Positions 57,810 to 58,946 of a DNA stretch of 58,946 nt are shown one piece after another. Source of the stretch: a virus (lineage: Duplodnaviria; Caudoviricetes). Every line of letters begins with the position of its first letter. The stretch's first letter is position 1. Made by a program: the position numbers and the translations under genes. The stretch covers positions 1 to 58,946 of IMG/VR virus record IMGVR_UViG_3300017914_000046. The stretch is one strand, 5' to 3'. The notes below the pieces were generated by a model that was not told the DNA's origin, searched no databases, and saw only the letters and a list, made by a program, of their open reading frames with translations.

Positions 57810-58946
57810 TTTGACAGGTATGCTACCACCTGGGCTTGGTGGAGAACAAGAGCAACCAAAACCACTATCTTATGAACCAGAATTAGACCTCAATAAGACT
57901 CAAAAGTTTGATGAACCAGTTGGTAAAGGTCTAGGTCTTTCTGACGAGCTTATGTCTGAAGTAGAAGATTATGTAGCCAACCCACCACTTGAATCTAAGA
58001 AAAGCCCTATTGACGCTGCTATTGAAGCAGGTTACCTAATTGCTGAAAAAATCTCTCCAGATCTAACAAAGTACCACAGTAACTTATCTGAATATACACC
58101 AGAGGGTAACAAGGCAATTAGGGGTATGTTTAAAAACGCCCTTGGTTCTGATCCAAATTGGAATCCTGTGGAATATGCTTGGTGCGCCACTTTTGTAAGT
58201 CAGGTGTTAAGTGATCTTGAGGCAGACCCTATTAAGTCTAAAGATAGGTATGATAGAGTTAGAGCGGATAAGTATAAAAATTACGGATCACCTGTTGAAA
58301 TAGATAAGATTACAGAAGGTGATATTGTTGTTTTTGACTTTGACGGTGACAATAAAGGAGATCATGCTACCTTTTATGTAGGTGATAGAGACGATTATTT
58401 TAACAGTAATCCAGAGTCTCCTTATATTTCAGTTCTTGGTGGTAATCAAGGCGATGCAGTAAATATCAGAGAATATCCAAAAGAGAATATTTTAGCTGTG
58501 CGTAGAATTACTTACAAGGATATTGATTACGAGTTTACTAAAGAACTAGCCAGAGATAATAAAGACTTTAATGTTTTTCTTAAAGAACAGGGTAAGGATG
58601 TTGATCCTTTTTCTTTAGGTACGTCTACAATGGATGAGTCTAATAGGCCATTTCCTTTTGATCCGCAGTACTCAACTTTTAATGAAGGCGGTCTAGCTGA
58701 ATCTAAAGGTTTAAGCTGGGGTGAACTTATTGTCGATAACATTTTAGGTTTAGACAATGAGTATGAATCTTTTGGTGAAAAGCTTGGTAAAGCTATTAAT
58801 GAAGACGAGATTAAGTTTTTAAAAGATGCAGCTGTTGGTGTATACGAAGGTACTAAAGAGTTTGTACAAGCACCAGTAGAGACTACTAAACAAGTAGTTA
58901 ATGAAATTAAAGACAGTGTAACTAGACTTGGTTCTGAAGATTTAAA
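57802..58946 (+). CDS. N-terminal part of giant modular protein with NlpC/P60 (TIGR02594/CHAP-like) peptidase domain, 3'-truncated; not in ORF track
   Basis: ATG 57802 overlaps the previous gene and the frame is open to the end; AWCATFV...GDIVVF...GDHATF...VLGGNQGDAV, then FNEGG and the carrier repeat. Confidence 0.88.
   Translation, partial: MVNLTGMLPPGLGGEQEQPKPLSYEPELDLNKTQKFDEPVGKGLGLSDELMSEVEDYVANPPLESKKSPIDAAIEAGYLIAEKISPDLTKYHSNLSEYTPEGNKAIRGMFKNALGSDPNWNPVEYAWCATFVSQVLSDLEADPIKSKDRYDRVRADKYKNYGSPVEIDKITEGDIVVFDFDGDNKGDHATFYVGDRDDYFNSNPESPYISVLGGNQGDAVNIREYPKENILAVRRITYKDIDYEFTKELARDNKDFNVFLKEQGKDVDPFSLGTSTMDESNRPFPFDPQYSTFNEGGLAESKGLSWGELIVDNILGLDNEYESFGEKLGKAINEDEIKFLKDAAVGVYEGTKEFVQAPVETTKQVVNEIKDSVTRLGSEDL
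58678..58946 (+). repeat. Carrier repeat copy B
   Basis: Matches 223-491; the window ends inside the repeat. Confidence 0.95.

Noticed and set aside
58819-58946. 128-nt identity with 364-491 read as a direct terminal repeat or simple circular overlap
   Set aside because: The match is to an internal position, not base 1, and extends upstream as a synonymously diverged coding repeat. It is better explained as an intragenic repeat that broke the assembly.
1-58946. Phage RNA polymerase, introns/inteins or stop-codon reassignment
   Set aside because: No RNAP motifs; polA, nrdJ, terL and helicase are uninterrupted and of normal size; genes tile densely in the standard code.

Overview
Near-complete ~59 kb genome of a short-tailed (podovirus-type) dsDNA phage, probably marine and infecting Rhodobacteraceae/Alphaproteobacteria (inference from a DUF1127 gene, class II RNR and promoter style). 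It resembles Roseobacter phages that join an HMO-2011-like morphogenesis module to a Cobavirus-like replication module (inference, not searched). The + strand arm (48.7 kb to the end, continuing at 1-29.4 kb) encodes lysis genes, small basic proteins, terminase, portal, a giant modular protein, scaffold, capsid, tail/fibres and internal virion proteins. The - strand arm (47.0-29.4 kb) encodes early genes, a zinc peptidase, tRNA-Arg(TCT), a tyrosine integrase, ThyX, primase-helicase, PolA, SSB, nucleases, MazG, NrdJ and glutaredoxin. The arms diverge from a 1.7 kb repeat-rich non-coding region and converge on a bidirectional terminator. No RNA polymerase is evident. The most unusual feature is the giant gene split by the window edges (57802-end and 1-4242). 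It has an NlpC/P60-type peptidase domain missed by the ORF track, at least two copies of a carrier repeat that starts exactly at an F-x-E-G-G motif, and unrelated domains between such motifs. The same [FYM]xxGG motif recurs in small basic proteins near the terminase. This suggests a cassette-type virion polyprotein with a shared processing or packaging tag.
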